Below are positions 1-11,200 of a DNA stretch of 32,380 nucleotides, one piece after another (the stretch's first letter is position 1; every line of letters begins with the position of its first letter). Made by a program: the position numbers and the translations under genes. A model generated the notes under the pieces. It ran no database searches, was not told the DNA's origin, and saw nothing but the letters and a program-made list of their open reading frames with translations. Location: NCBI RefSeq assembly GCF_000281045.1, contig NW_008246106.1, forward strand, positions 420,554-452,933, given 5' to 3'. Origin of the DNA: Saprolegnia diclina VS20 (lineage: Eukaryota).

Positions 1-935
1 GTCAATAGTGCGTCCTGCAAGACCATCGCGACACCATCTTGACTAGAGGGCTTGAAACAACCTGTCGTTCTCGGACGTGGAGAAGGACAACATTGGTGGC
101 GAGATTTAAATACTTGCACATTGTTATATGCAGCCTCGCGCGTTGGCATACCGCCTCTCGGGAGCTAGAAAAAGCGGCCCCGAAACTATCACAGCGATTG
201 AAGAAGGTTTGGCAGCAGCGCGCAGACTGATCGACATGAGTCTTCAAGACGATCGTCAGAGCATGTTGCGGCGCGCTGGCATGGGCCCATGGCGCTGGGC
301 AGCTTGTCGTTGCAGTCGAGCGAGCCAGCATCATCTCGCCGGCAGTCGCGTGCCCATGAGGCCGTCGACAACATTGGTCGCTCGTCACGCATGCTGCAGC
401 GGCGCCATGCCCACTGACGCAGCGTGGAAGCGCCTCAACATGACACGGCCGTGGCAAGGCCGAGTGCGTACTGATGATTCGCTGAAATGGGATACTTACA
501 CGATTTGGATTGGCTGTTCAATAATAACTTATTCGGCCGATGCGATTGGCTGAAATGTTGAGACGGTGGTGTCGGATCCACGCCGCAGCCGCCGGTGAGG
601 TCGATCGGTCGCCCAACTCGAGTTTTTAACAAAGTTGCTCAAACTTGGCGAGGTGATAAAGGACACTCTGGAGAGCTCAAAAGAACTCGTCGCGTCGACG
701 TGCGCAATGTCTAGCGCTCCCTACGGACTTCACTACTATTTGTGGCATATGCCATATCGAGACACTTTATGCCACATTTAGTACCGGGCAACAAGTCTGT
801 CGAAGACGAGAAGGACACTGTGCACGGCTACGCTAGGTAGACACTAATTCAATAATCACATTAATGAAATTGTGGAACCCCGCATCGAGTCGCCATCCAA
901 TATGTGCTTCAGAATGTTATTTGATCAGCTACCGT
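1..935 (+). repeat. Dispersed repeat copy R1 (subfamily a); inverted copy of 3427-4372; cut by window start and N-gap
   Basis: 1-935 aligns by eye to the reverse complement of 3427-4372 (e.g. gtcaatagtgcgtcc at 1 vs ggacgcactattgac ending 4372). The core at ~326-780 is also shared with R2, R4 and R6. Confidence 0.92.
476..555 (+). promoter_or_regulatory. Three spaced CCAAT-box-like motifs (GATTSGCTG[AAA]) inside the repeat core
   Basis: GATTCGCTGAAA at 476, GATTGGCTG at 508, GATTGGCTGAAA at 544. The same triplet occurs in the other core copies (e.g. 32023, 32055, 32092). It resembles the oomycete CCAAT motif; function is inferred. Confidence 0.45.
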
Positions 936-1035
936 NNNNNNNNNNNNNNNNNNNNNNNNNNNNNNNNNNNNNNNNNNNNNNNNNNNNNNNNNNNNNNNNN
1001 NNNNNNNNNNNNNNNNNNNNNNNNNNNNNNNNNNN

Positions 1036-2001
1036 ACGATGTTACGACAACAACCATGGCGATGGACATGACTGCAACGCGCGAGAGGAGCCCCATCCAA
1101 GCTGACCACCATTGCTGCGTAGACGAGAGTCGCACGTTCGAGATGCCCGTAACATTAGTAGAGAACTTAGGACCGCTGAGGCAGCGACTCGAGGAGATGC
1201 GATCATTGCTGCCCGCGCGCGCGGGCCAATGACGTCGCGGTGTGCACGATGCTGGGCAGCATGGCGTCTCGCGTAGCTCGTCAGAGGTCCAGTGAGCTAG
1301 CAGGAGCGCATCATCTCGCCGGCAGTCGTGCGGCCGGCGAGATCGATTGTCCGGGGATCCGCCCTTGCGCAGACTCAATGGCTCGTCACGCATGCTGTTG
1401 CGGCGCCGTGTTGACAGCTACGTCGTACAAGCGCTTCAACGTGGCACGGCCATCGGAAGTAGGTGTGCCGGGAAATTTCAAGATGGCCGCTAGCAGAATG
1501 GGTACTGATGATTCGCTGAAAAGGAACGCTTACGCCATTTGGATTGGCTGTTCAATAATAATTGATTCGGCCGATGCGATTGGCTAAAATGTTGACACGG
1601 TGGCGTCGGATCCATGCGCAGCCGCCGGTGGGATCGATCGGTGGGCCAACTCGAGTTTTCAACAAAGTTGCTCAAACTTGGTGAGGTGATAGAGGACACT
1701 CTGGAGAGCTCAAAACACATCGTCATGTTGACGTGCGCAATGTCTAGCGCCCCCTACGGACTTCGCCACTATTTGTGGTACATGCCATATTAGGACACAT
1801 ACTACCATATTTAGCGCCTCACGACGGACGCCGAGATCGGTCACAATGTCACCGCCAGTACTGTCTGTACCCCTTGATTCTACGCGCGTTCACTGCAGGG
1901 ATCAAGCAACCAGTCTTATCGACGACTCTATACACGACTACGTCGTATCCAAAATATACACCGTGCGGTGCAGTCGGCAACGGGAGTCAATCAATCAAAA
2001 T
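1036..2001 (+). repeat. Dispersed repeat copy R2 (subfamily b); inverted copy of 5934-6982
   Basis: acgatgttacgacaacaaccatggcgatgg (1036) and cagtcttatcgacgactctatacacgact (~1911) match the reverse complement of ~6982 and ~6025. It contains the shared core at ~1305-1815. Confidence 0.9.
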
Positions 2002-2379
2002 TAAAATTGTTGGCCAAATGCACAACTTCGAGTACGGCTTGGAGTCTCTCCATCGATCTACCGGTACCTATTTCTTACTTTGATAGATCGAAAGAAATCG
2101 GGATGCAGCAGCGTCGAGGCGCTAGGCAATGCGCTCTTGGCAATTTAGCACAACCGAATCAACATGCGTCCGCGTACGCAGCGGACGCCGAGTTGTCGCT
2201 GCAGTGCAGGGCTGGCTGCTGAAGGTGGTGCCGTCAGCCACCGGCGCCGTAGCAGTAGACATACCATTTGCGTTGTATAGTCGACGTGCCGAGACCGACA
2301 CCGACAGCGACAAACTCGAGCGCTGATGTGCGGGACCCTTGTCTCTCGCTCGCTATTGTTGCGTCGTCGTGTGTCCACG

Positions 2380-3425
2380 TCATAGTCCACGTATCCGGAC
2401 ACGTATCCAGATACCAACAGCAAGTGCCGCCGGCGCTGTGGCAGAGAGCCGCGCGCAACATCTCGCGGCGCCTAGCCTCCTCCTTCCAACCTCGCGCACC
2501 TGACGCATGATGTCCTGCTGCTTGTACACTGCAGCCAAACCAGAGACTGCTGCCAGCATACCGACAATCATACCGCCCGCCGGGAATATGTGGCCTCGGC
2601 AAGCCGCGCCTTGAAGCTGTACGCGCTCCATTTACAAGGTGCTCTCAGGCACGTCTGTGCGCCAGAGTGTGTGGACGAGCGTCGTGTCGAGCACGCTGCA
2701 CGTGTTCCTTGAGATGCTCATGCTGCAAGTGCTCTCTGTCAAAAACGTCGAGAAGCCGGGTACGTTCTTTATTCCGCAGCTCAAGAACGGTACTGGCGCG
2801 AGCAGCTCCGACGCGTCCATGGCGACCATATCACGCTCTATCTTCTCGAATCCAGCCGCGGCGTGAGCTCTTGTTCAAGAGCGTTATCACGGCCTTTGGC
2901 AGCCTCGCGCTCACCTACGGCGCTCGCATTGCCATTTCCACGCGTCAACGCGGGTGCTCGGACCCGACACACATCACTTTTGTGACGCCGCGTCTTTTTA
3001 GTCGTATCGACCACCAGTGTGTTGGCGGTCGAGTACCTGGCAGCCTTCTCTTTGCCACCACGGGCACCGAGCTCTGCTTCTCGATGCCCTATAGCGACAT
3101 CGTCCTCTGATACCTCTTCACGCAGCTGCACATTGCGGTCGCATTTGTGGTGTTCATGCGTCTGGCCATGTTTATCGCCGAACGCCTCGTCCTCGGCTAG
3201 CACACCGACGCGTTCGAGATTGCTACCGATGAGGCGGCATACTCGTAGAAGCCTTGGAAAGCGATCAGGAGAAGCACGTCCAGCGTCATACAACGAACCT
3301 GGCAAGTACCACAAGGCGACCGCACGGCGCTCCTTGAACGTGTCTGCTTTGCGATTTCTTTCCATCCACGTCTCGATCATGATGATGTTTGCGTCCGGTC
3401 CCTTGGTCGCGTTCTCATTCAGCAC
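2380..3425 (-). pseudogene. Possible decayed coding remnant of unknown family directly downstream of repeat R3
   Basis: ORF 2632-2829 runs in frame into ORF 2380-2631 across a single TAA. ORF 2838-3425 starts next to the R3 boundary. No recognisable domain. Confidence 0.25.
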
Positions 3426-3426
3426 T

Positions 3427-4372
3427 ACGGTAGCTGATCAAATAACATTCTGAAGCACATATAGGATGGCGACTCGATGCGGGGTTCCACAATTTCATTA
3501 ATGTGATTATTGAATTAGTGTGTACCTAGCGTAGCCGTGCACAGAGTCCTTCTCGTCTTCGACAGACTTGTTGCCCGGTACTAAATGTGGCATAAAGTGT
3601 CTCTATATGGCATATGCCACAAATAATGGCGAAGTCCGTAGAGGGCGCTAGACATTGCGCACGTCGACGCGACGATGTGTTTTGAGCTCTCCAGAGTGTC
3701 CTCTATCTCCTCGCCAATTTTGAGCGACATTGTTGAAAACTCGAGTTGGGCGACCGATCGACCTCACCGGTGGCTGCGGCATGTATCCAATGCCACCGTG
3801 TCAACATTTTAGCCAATCGCATCGGCCGAATCAATTGTTATGAAATGGCCAATCCAAATCACGTAAGCGTCCAATTTTAGCGAATCATCAGTACGCACTC
3901 GGCCTTGCCACGGCCGTGTCATGTTGAGGCGCTCCACGCTGCGTCAGTGGGCATGGCGCCGCTGTAGCATGCGTGACGAGCGACCAAGTCGGCGCGAGGG
4001 CGGAGCCGCGGCCAATGTTGTCGACGGCCTCATGGGCACGCGACTGCCGGCGAGATGATGCTGGCTCGCTCGACTGCAACGACAAGCTGCCCAGCGCAGC
4101 GCGCCGCAACATGCTCTGACTATCGTCTTGAAGACTCTTGTCGATCATTCTGCGCGCTGCTGCCAAACCTTCTTCAATCGCTGTGATAGTTTCGGCCGCC
4201 TTTTCTAGCTCCCGAGAGGCGGTATGCCAACGCGCGAGGCTGCATATAACAATCTGCAAGTACTTAAATCTCGCCAACAATGTTGTCCTTCTCCACGTCC
4301 GAGAACGACAGGTTGTTTCAAGCCCTCTAGTCAAGATGGTGTCGCGATGGTCTTGCAGGACGCACTATTGAC
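3427..4372 (-). repeat. Dispersed repeat copy R3 (subfamily a)
   Basis: Reverse-complement match to 1-935; near-identical ORF translations (MTRGLETTCRSRTWRRTTL...) in both copies. Confidence 0.92.
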
Positions 4373-4990
4373 ACTATGGAGTGCCAACGAAGCTAGCCAT
4401 GATGATCATGCACTCCCCGCGCCTTGTTTTTTGTCGACGGGTTTGGTTTGGTGTGCTCAATCAAAATCGAATCTTCACAATCCCCACAAATGTTATAGCT
4501 GATAGTGGATAGCTGGTGCACAAATGTGGGTGCGACCCGTCTGACAAATTTCTCAGATTCACAACCGACGATATGTGTTGGCTCTGGCGTTGTGGCATCT
4601 AGACATTACCTTTGTCTAGTCACTCGACTGACGGTAAAGTATTGTTGCTAGAGTTAAGCGACACTAGACGAACACGCCAGCCATTAAATCAGTGGCTATC
4701 AAAGTTCCGGTATCCGTTGGTGTCAGCACGCAGTGCACATCGTCATCCTTGCGCGCGCTCGCTCCATGTTTCTCGATGCCAATGCAGGCCGCTTTGACCA
4801 GCCCCACTCGATGTCCATGGCTGGTGCATGAGATGTAGAGCATCGTCTGCTGCCCGTAGCGACAAGATACTTTGCCTTTGCGCTGATCAGTTCGTGCAGC
4901 ACGGGTTCGTTGTACCACCCTGCGACTACAACCCGCACAGTGCCCCACTCGGACCATGGTATTCTTGAAGAAGACACGCAGCACACCAGC

Positions 4991-5833
4991 ATGCAGCGTG
5001 GGGACACGACGGGCTCTGCCAGCGACGACGACATGAGCTTGGACGGCTTGACGCTCATCGAGCTCATGACCAAAGGCAAAGAGAACGAAGTGCTCTGGCG
5101 CCTCCGCACGCCCGGCACCATCACCGACGACGACCTCACGACCCTCGACGGGGTCTCTAGCGTCCTCTTCCTAAGCTGAACTGACATTAGTTTAGGATGG
5201 CGACTCGGTGCTCTCGATGGCAGCGCTCTCGGGCTCGTTGCCCGTCGTCCAAGCGCTTGTGGAGCTGACGCCGTATCAGCGCATTCCCAACGTCCGTTCT
5301 TCTTCGGCTCATATTGACCTCATATGCCTCGTATACGTAGTTTGCATGGGTGACCATGCAGCGAGCGGTCGCCTACAACCATCTCCCGGTCGTAACGTAC
5401 CTCTGGGCCGTCCTCGCGGACCCGTTGGAGCTCGTGTCGCCGACAGTACGTGTCCTCGTCCGTCACGGTCGCTCATCATTGTCACTAGAACGGCAACACG
5501 CTCTTGCACCACGCGGCAGACCACAGCGCCATGGGCGTGCTTCGCTGGCTCGTCCCGCGCTTCTCGTCCGTTGACGTCACCAACAATGTACAACAGACAC
5601 TTTCGGTGTCATTGGACCCTAACCACGGACGCTGTAGGACGGCGAGACGCCGTTTCTGGTCGCCGTGTCCAACGCCGACTATACATGCGCGGCCGTGCTT
5701 GCGGCGGTCGGCGCCGACATCTTTGCCCGTGCCGCAGTACCCTTGATTGCTCCTGACGTCTTGACGTCTAACAACGTCTCTCGCGTAGGACGGGAACACG
5801 GCGCTGCATTATGTGATCCGGCAGGCGCCCGAC
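4991..5833 (+). CDS. A': 5' part (exons 1-6, ankyrin repeats) of an ankyrin-TRP channel gene nearly identical to gene A; truncated by N-gap
   Basis: Offset of ~3275 bp from gene A. Same exons: MQRGDTT..., DGDSVLSMAALSG..., NGNTLLHHAA..., DGETPFLVAV..., DGNTALHYV. Could be a paralog, an allelic haplotype or an assembly duplicate. Confidence 0.75.
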
Positions 5834-5933
5834 NNNNNNNNNNNNNNNNNNNNNNNNNNNNNNNNNNNNNNNNNNNNNNNNNNNNNNNNNNNNNNNNNNN
5901 NNNNNNNNNNNNNNNNNNNNNNNNNNNNNNNNN

Positions 5934-6982
5934 ATTTTGATGGATTGATTTCCGTTGCCGAATGCACCGCATGGTGTAAATTTTGGATACGACATAGTCG
6001 TGTATAGAGTCGTCGATAAGACTGGTTGGTAGCTTGATCCTTTCAGTGAACGGTGGTAGGCGCTAAATATGGTCGTATGTGTCCTAATATGGCATATGCC
6101 ATAAATAGTGGTGAAGCCCGTAGGGAGCGCTAGACATTGCACACGTCGACGCGACGTGGTGTTTTGTGCTCTCCAGAGTGTCCTCTATCACCTCGCCGAG
6201 TTTGAGTGACATTGTTGAAAACTCGAGTTGGCCGACCGATCGATCGACCCCGCCGGCGGCTGCGGATCGAATGCCCCTGCGCCAGCATTTTAGCCAATCG
6301 CACTGGCCGAATAGATAATATTCAATGGCCAATCCAAATCGCGTAAGCGTCTCATTTCAGCGAATCATCAGTACGCATTCTGGAAGCCGTGATTTCGCCA
6401 TCTTGCACATTTCCCGCCACACCGAAGTCCGATGGCCGTGCCACGTTGAAGCGCTTGTACGACGTAGCTGTCGACATGGCGCCGCTTCAGCATGCGTGAC
6501 GAGCCACCGAGTCTGCGCAAGGGCGGATCCCCGGACAATCGATCTCGCCGGCCGCACGACTGCCGGCGAGATGATGCTGGCTCGCTCGACTGCNNNNNNN
6601 NNNNNNNNNNNNNNNNNNNNNNNNNNNNNNNNNNNNNNNNNNNNNNNNNNNNNNNNNNNNNNNNNNNNNNNNNNNNNNNNNNNNNNNNNNNNNNNNNNNN
6701 NNNNNNNNNNNNNNNNNNNNNNNNNNNNNNNNNNNNNNNNNNNNNNNNNNNNNNNNNNNNNNNNNNNNNNNNNNNNNNNNNNNNNNNNNNNNNNNNNNNN
6801 NNNNNNNNNNNNNNNNNNNNNNNNNNNNNNNNNNNNNNNNNNNNNNNNNNNNNNNNNNNNNNNNNNNNNNNNNNNNNNNNNNNNNNNNNNNNNNNNNNNN
6901 NNNNNNNNNNNNNNNNNNNNNATGGGGCTCCTCTCGCGCGTTACAGTCATGTCCATCGCCATGGTTGTTGTCGTAACATCGT
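5934..6982 (-). repeat. Dispersed repeat copy R4 (subfamily b), interrupted by N-gap 6594-6921
   Basis: Reverse-complement match to 1036-2001, including the shared core. Confidence 0.9.
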
Positions 6983-7320
6983 TTTCCAAAGCCAACTGCA
7001 GGGCGATGGCGCTTCGGAAAGGTAGTCTTGGCCACGCTCGACTCGTGCCAGAATGTAGCAGGCTTTGTCGGGTTTCTAGGCTACATGGCGCTGCCAAATC
7101 CATCGGGTGCTTGTAGCAACTCATTGCTCGTGCAGCCATGGGAATCTCGCTTGCGGTGCGAGGTACCGTATAGGCCAATGGATGTAGGTACCGATATGCA
7201 TGTTTGCTACAGCTTGTCTTGTGTGGAGCCAGTGAGCCGCGTCGCTGGCTAAATTTGTAAAATCATGTAAATTCATTCAAAATGTCAGTGTTGCGGTCCG
7301 TTTGGTTGAATTTCCGGCTC

Positions 7321-7720
7321 GAGCTCGATACACTGATACAAAACACTGCGAATGGATTCTCGAAGGAATCTTGCTGTGCAAACCGCTTTGCTGACATATG
7401 TCTCGGTCCGTGGACACAAATGCCTCGGACAGGTCTTCCTTTGCCATGGTGACAACGATGAGACCGAGGAGGTCGAATAGGGTGGACTTGCTAAGCGCAC
7501 GATTCTATAAGCTGAAAATAGAAATAGTTTTGACTAATCAAACGCTACTTTGCGATGGACAACAATCACAATCCGAAACATCCAGCGTTAGCCCAGCGAC
7601 GATGGCAGCGCCAGGCAAGCGGTCGAACCCAAGCTAAAGAAGACGGTACAAGCGTCCAGCCAACTAGCGCCTGCCCAGCGTAGCTCTTCCGAGCTTCTCA
7701 TCAAGTCGGTCCTTCGGCGA
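7321..7720 (+). repeat. Upstream block of gene A, homologous to 14243-14590 upstream of gene B
   Basis: gagctcgatacactgatacaaaacactgcgaatggatt vs gagctcgatacattgatacacaaaacactggaatggatt; gcgatggacaacaatc...gtcggtccttcggcga vs tcgatggacgacaatg...ggcggtccttcggtga. Confidence 0.75.
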
Positions 7721-7777
7721 GAGCTGCCCTCACTGGCTGAGGGCCGAGCGTTTTTTTAGTCTATGGACCCATGGACC

Positions 7778-8066
7778 TGGATCTGAGCAGATGACAGGCC
7801 CGATACCGCGGTTATTTCATGTCGCAAGCCATATGCTCGACACCACATGCTGCTCAGGGGAGAGGGGTCAGGGTTATTGGGGAAGGCCATGAATGCTAGG
7901 AGCCTCGCAGCACGCGGGGAGCAGGGGAGGGTCTAGGAGGCACTTGTTGCGTGTCTTGGGGCTTTCTCGGGAAGGAGGTATTCGGCATCGTTGCGTTGGA
8001 GGTTACCAGCTGGGGCGGGGTGGAGCTTGTATCACCGTAAGACTTGGTCTTGGACACACAGATCCA
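7778..8066. mobile_element. Candidate 289-bp insertion (solo-LTR/MITE-like) with TG...CA ends
   Basis: Terminal inverted repeat TGGATCTG (7778) / CAGATCCA (8066); flanks tggacc / tggact; G-rich interior unlike its surroundings. Confidence 0.3.
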
Positions 8067-8233
8067 TGGACTTTGCCGCACTGCGCACCGATCTCGACCG
8101 ACCGGCGCTTTCACCGGCTGATGATTCCAGTCGACTGAACACATGTACACACCACGTCGGCTTTGACAATGCGCCGCGCTGCATGTACCACTGTGCACCA
8201 CAATTGACGAGCGATCGTAGTTTCGGACTCTTG

Positions 8234-8249
8234 GTCATTCTTCAACTTG
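8234..8249 (+). promoter_or_regulatory. Oomycete INR+FPR-like core promoter of gene A
   Basis: GTCATTCTTCAACTTG resembles the oomycete initiator (YCAYTYY) plus flanking promoter region, ~30 nt upstream of ATG 8265. Confidence 0.55.
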
Positions 8250-8264
8250 ACGAGTCGCACCAGT

Positions 8265-11200
8265 ATGCAGCGCGGGGACACGACGGGCTCTGCCAGCGAC
8301 GACGACATGAGCTTGGACGGCTTGACGCTCATCGAGCTCATGACCAAAGGCAAAGAGAACGAAGTGCTCTGGCGCCTCCGCACGCCCGGCACCATCACCG
8401 ACGACGACCTCACGACCCTCGACGAGGTCTCTAGCGTCCTCTTCCTCAGCGGATCTGACACTCATTGTAGGATGGCGACTCGGTGCTCTCGATGGCCGCG
8501 CTCTCGGGCTCGTTGCCGGTCGTCCAAGCGCTTGTCGAGCTGACGCCGTATCAGCGCATTCCCAACGTCCGTTCTTCTTCGGCTCATATTGACCTCATAT
8601 GCCTCGTATACGTAGTTTGCATGGGTGACCATGCAGCGAGCGGTCGCCTACAACCATCTCCCGGTCGTAACGTACCTCTGGGCCGTCCTCGCGGACCCGT
8701 TGGAGCTCGTGTCGCCGACAGTACGTGTCCTCGTCCGTCACGGTCGCTCATCATTGTCACTAGAACGGCAACACGCTCTTGCACCACGCGGCAGACCACA
8801 GCGCCATGGGCGTGCTTCGCTGGCTCGTCCCGCGCTTCTCGTCCGTTGACGTCACCAACAATGTACAACAGACACTTTCGGTGTCATTGGACCCTAACCA
8901 CGGACGCTGTAGGACGGCGAGACGCCGTTTCTGGTCGCCGTGTCCAACGCCGACTATACATGCGCGGCCGTGCTTGCGGCGGTCGGCGCCGACATCTTTG
9001 CCCGTGCCGCAGTACCCTTGATTGCTCCTGACGTCCTGACGTCTAACAACGTCTCTCGCGTAGGACGGGAACACGGCGCTGCATTATGTGATCCGGCAGG
9101 CGCCCGACGAAGACGACGACCAAGACGATTTCGCCGAGACACTCGACGGCATTCTCGCCGAGGGCTACAGCCTGGACGCCGTCAACGAGGTACATGCTCG
9201 AATGACCGAGGAAACCACCCGCATCATCGCGCTCATTAGGCTGGCGAGCGCCCCGCCGACCTGACCGAGAACCCTCGCATTCGTGCGCTTCTCGAGGCCG
9301 AAGCCACCTTTCGCCAAGCCTTCCCCGTCCACGCGCTTGTCCGCACCAACAAGGTCGCCCGCTTTGACGCGTGGCTCGCCGAGATGCAAGCCAAGCACGA
9401 AGACGACGCTGCTACCGAGATTGCGGCGGCGCTGACGGCCGCGGACGAGGTACACTGCCGGCTCATGCCGCGTACTTATATACCTTGCTATGTAGTCGGG
9501 ACGCACGCCGCTCATGCACGCGGCGCTCATGTTTGACGACCTCCACGACGCAGACCAAGTGCTGTACCGCATTCTGCCGCATATTCCGGCCGACGCCGTG
9601 AGCGCCAGAGACAACGTACGTGGTCTCTCGTTCTTGCATTTTGTCTGATGTTGGAGCCTGTAGGAAGGACATACGGCGCTGGATATGCTGGTGCGCCACA
9701 ACTTTTTCTGCGCCGAGAACGCTTTGGGCACGGTGCCGTCGCGCTTGATGCGGGCGCTCCACGCTGTGAGCTGCAAGGGCAAACTCGCGCTTGACTTTGC
9801 CCATTTGGTATAGTCCACCTGTGGCTGCGACACGTTGATCAAAGATATCGAGTAGCCCGCGTCGTACTTGCCGTGGGCCTCGTACTTGACGGGCTCAGCG
9901 CCGCGCGAGTGCACTGGCGAGTGCAAGATGAGCAGTACGTCCAACAACGGCCTCTCGGGTCTGGCGGCAGCTCGCAACTGGACCGAGCTGCGTCGGGTGC
10001 TGCAAGAACCCTTGTCGGCCGACGTGCTCAACAAGATCGAAGGGGTAGTGCAGCCATACCTTCCGTGCACAGGACGTCCTAAGCAAATGTGTTGCGTAGG
10101 GCATGTCTGTCGTACATCACGTGTGCGAGCGTGGCAACGTTCCGGTGCTGAAGCTGCTCTTGACGCAGCCACACCTCGACCTCAACCTGCGCTCCGAAGA
10201 GGTATACGACTCGTGCGTTCGAGGCGTCGAGTGGTTGACCGTCTCCATGTTAGACCGGCCAAAGCGCTTTGGACTATGCAGTCGACAACGATCACGTCAA
10301 GATCGTCCGTCTTTTGCTCGCGGCCGGCGCCGACCCGATGGTCGACGAAGACACCAATGCCGTACAGACGCTCTTGGTTGCACGTCGTAGTCGAATTCAT
10401 GATGTGTAGGCGTCACTGACCGAGCTCCGCGCGAACGCGACACCGAGCGAGCTCCTCGTCTACGATCGCTGGGAGCTGGCCCTCTTCAACATTGGTTTCT
10501 TCCTATTGAACCTCCCGAACGTGGCGGCTGCGCGCGAGTTGGAGGCGGTACGAATCTCGGTGCATTCTCGAGCGCTCACAAGATATTTCGTTTCTAGCGC
10601 AAGCAGACGGCCATGCATGCGGCGATGCGTGGGTCGTTCTCGGAGGAAACGCTCAACAACATTTGTGCGACCGACATTGACCTCGACAAGCAAGACGAGG
10701 TAGCAACTATCAACTTATCAAGTGGTGCTGAGTGGCGTGGGTTTAGAACGGAGAGACCGCGCTCATGGTGGCCTCCAGTCTCGGTCACGCCGCCTACGTC
10801 ACGTTTCTTTTGGCAAAGTCCGTCAACGTCGATCTCCAAAACAAGGTACATCGAACCCTCGACAGCGCTTTCTAAAGCTCTTGGGATTGGTAGGATGGCA
10901 AGACGGCCCTCATGCTCGCAGCCAATGGCAGCCATATTCCGGTCGTCGAGCTTCTCCTGGAAGCGTCGGCCGAAGTGTATCTCACCGACAAGGTAGCAAG
11001 GACACAGACGACAGTCGAAACCTAACCCTTTCCTCTTGTAGAACGACGACACGGTGCTCGAGCAGCTCGAGCAAGAGCTGTGGCGCGCTGGCAGTGCAGT
11101 GGACGACGAAAAGCTGCCGCAAGGACAGCTCCTCTCGCTCATCAAGAAGGAGCTGCAGATCCGCGAAAACTCGCCCGAGTACCAAGAAAAGCAAGCCTTG

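Noticed and set aside
471..485. C/D-box snoRNA-like TGATGA...CTGA
   Set aside because: The boxes are only a few nt apart, leaving no room for a guide.
462..510. Hammerhead-ribozyme-like CTGATGA-N6-GAAA in the repeat core, with a possible flanking stem I (best in R4)
   Set aside because: No stem II closing pair (TTCGCT), no stem III or NUH cleavage triplet, and GAAA is lost in R3. In R6 it reads GATTGGCTGAAA, matching the neighbouring CCAAT-like boxes.
6084..6332. ORF running through the repeat core (QLEFSTMSLKLGEVIEDTLES...)
   Set aside because: Differences among copies are largely non-synonymous and starts and stops are inconsistent; treated as non-coding.
6325..7178. Long ORFs crossing N-gaps (also 10594-11697, 11582-13239 minus)
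   Set aside because: Artefacts of translating Ns, or antisense shadows of GC-rich coding exons.
9165..10172. 335-aa minus-strand ORF (similarly 17792-18769 and 27420-28145)
   Set aside because: Antisense to well-supported spliced exons, with no recognisable domain.
11020..11028. CCTAACCCT telomere-like motif in intron 16 of A and B (also ~17471)
   Set aside because: Single unit located at the intron branch-point (CTAAC) position; not a telomeric array.
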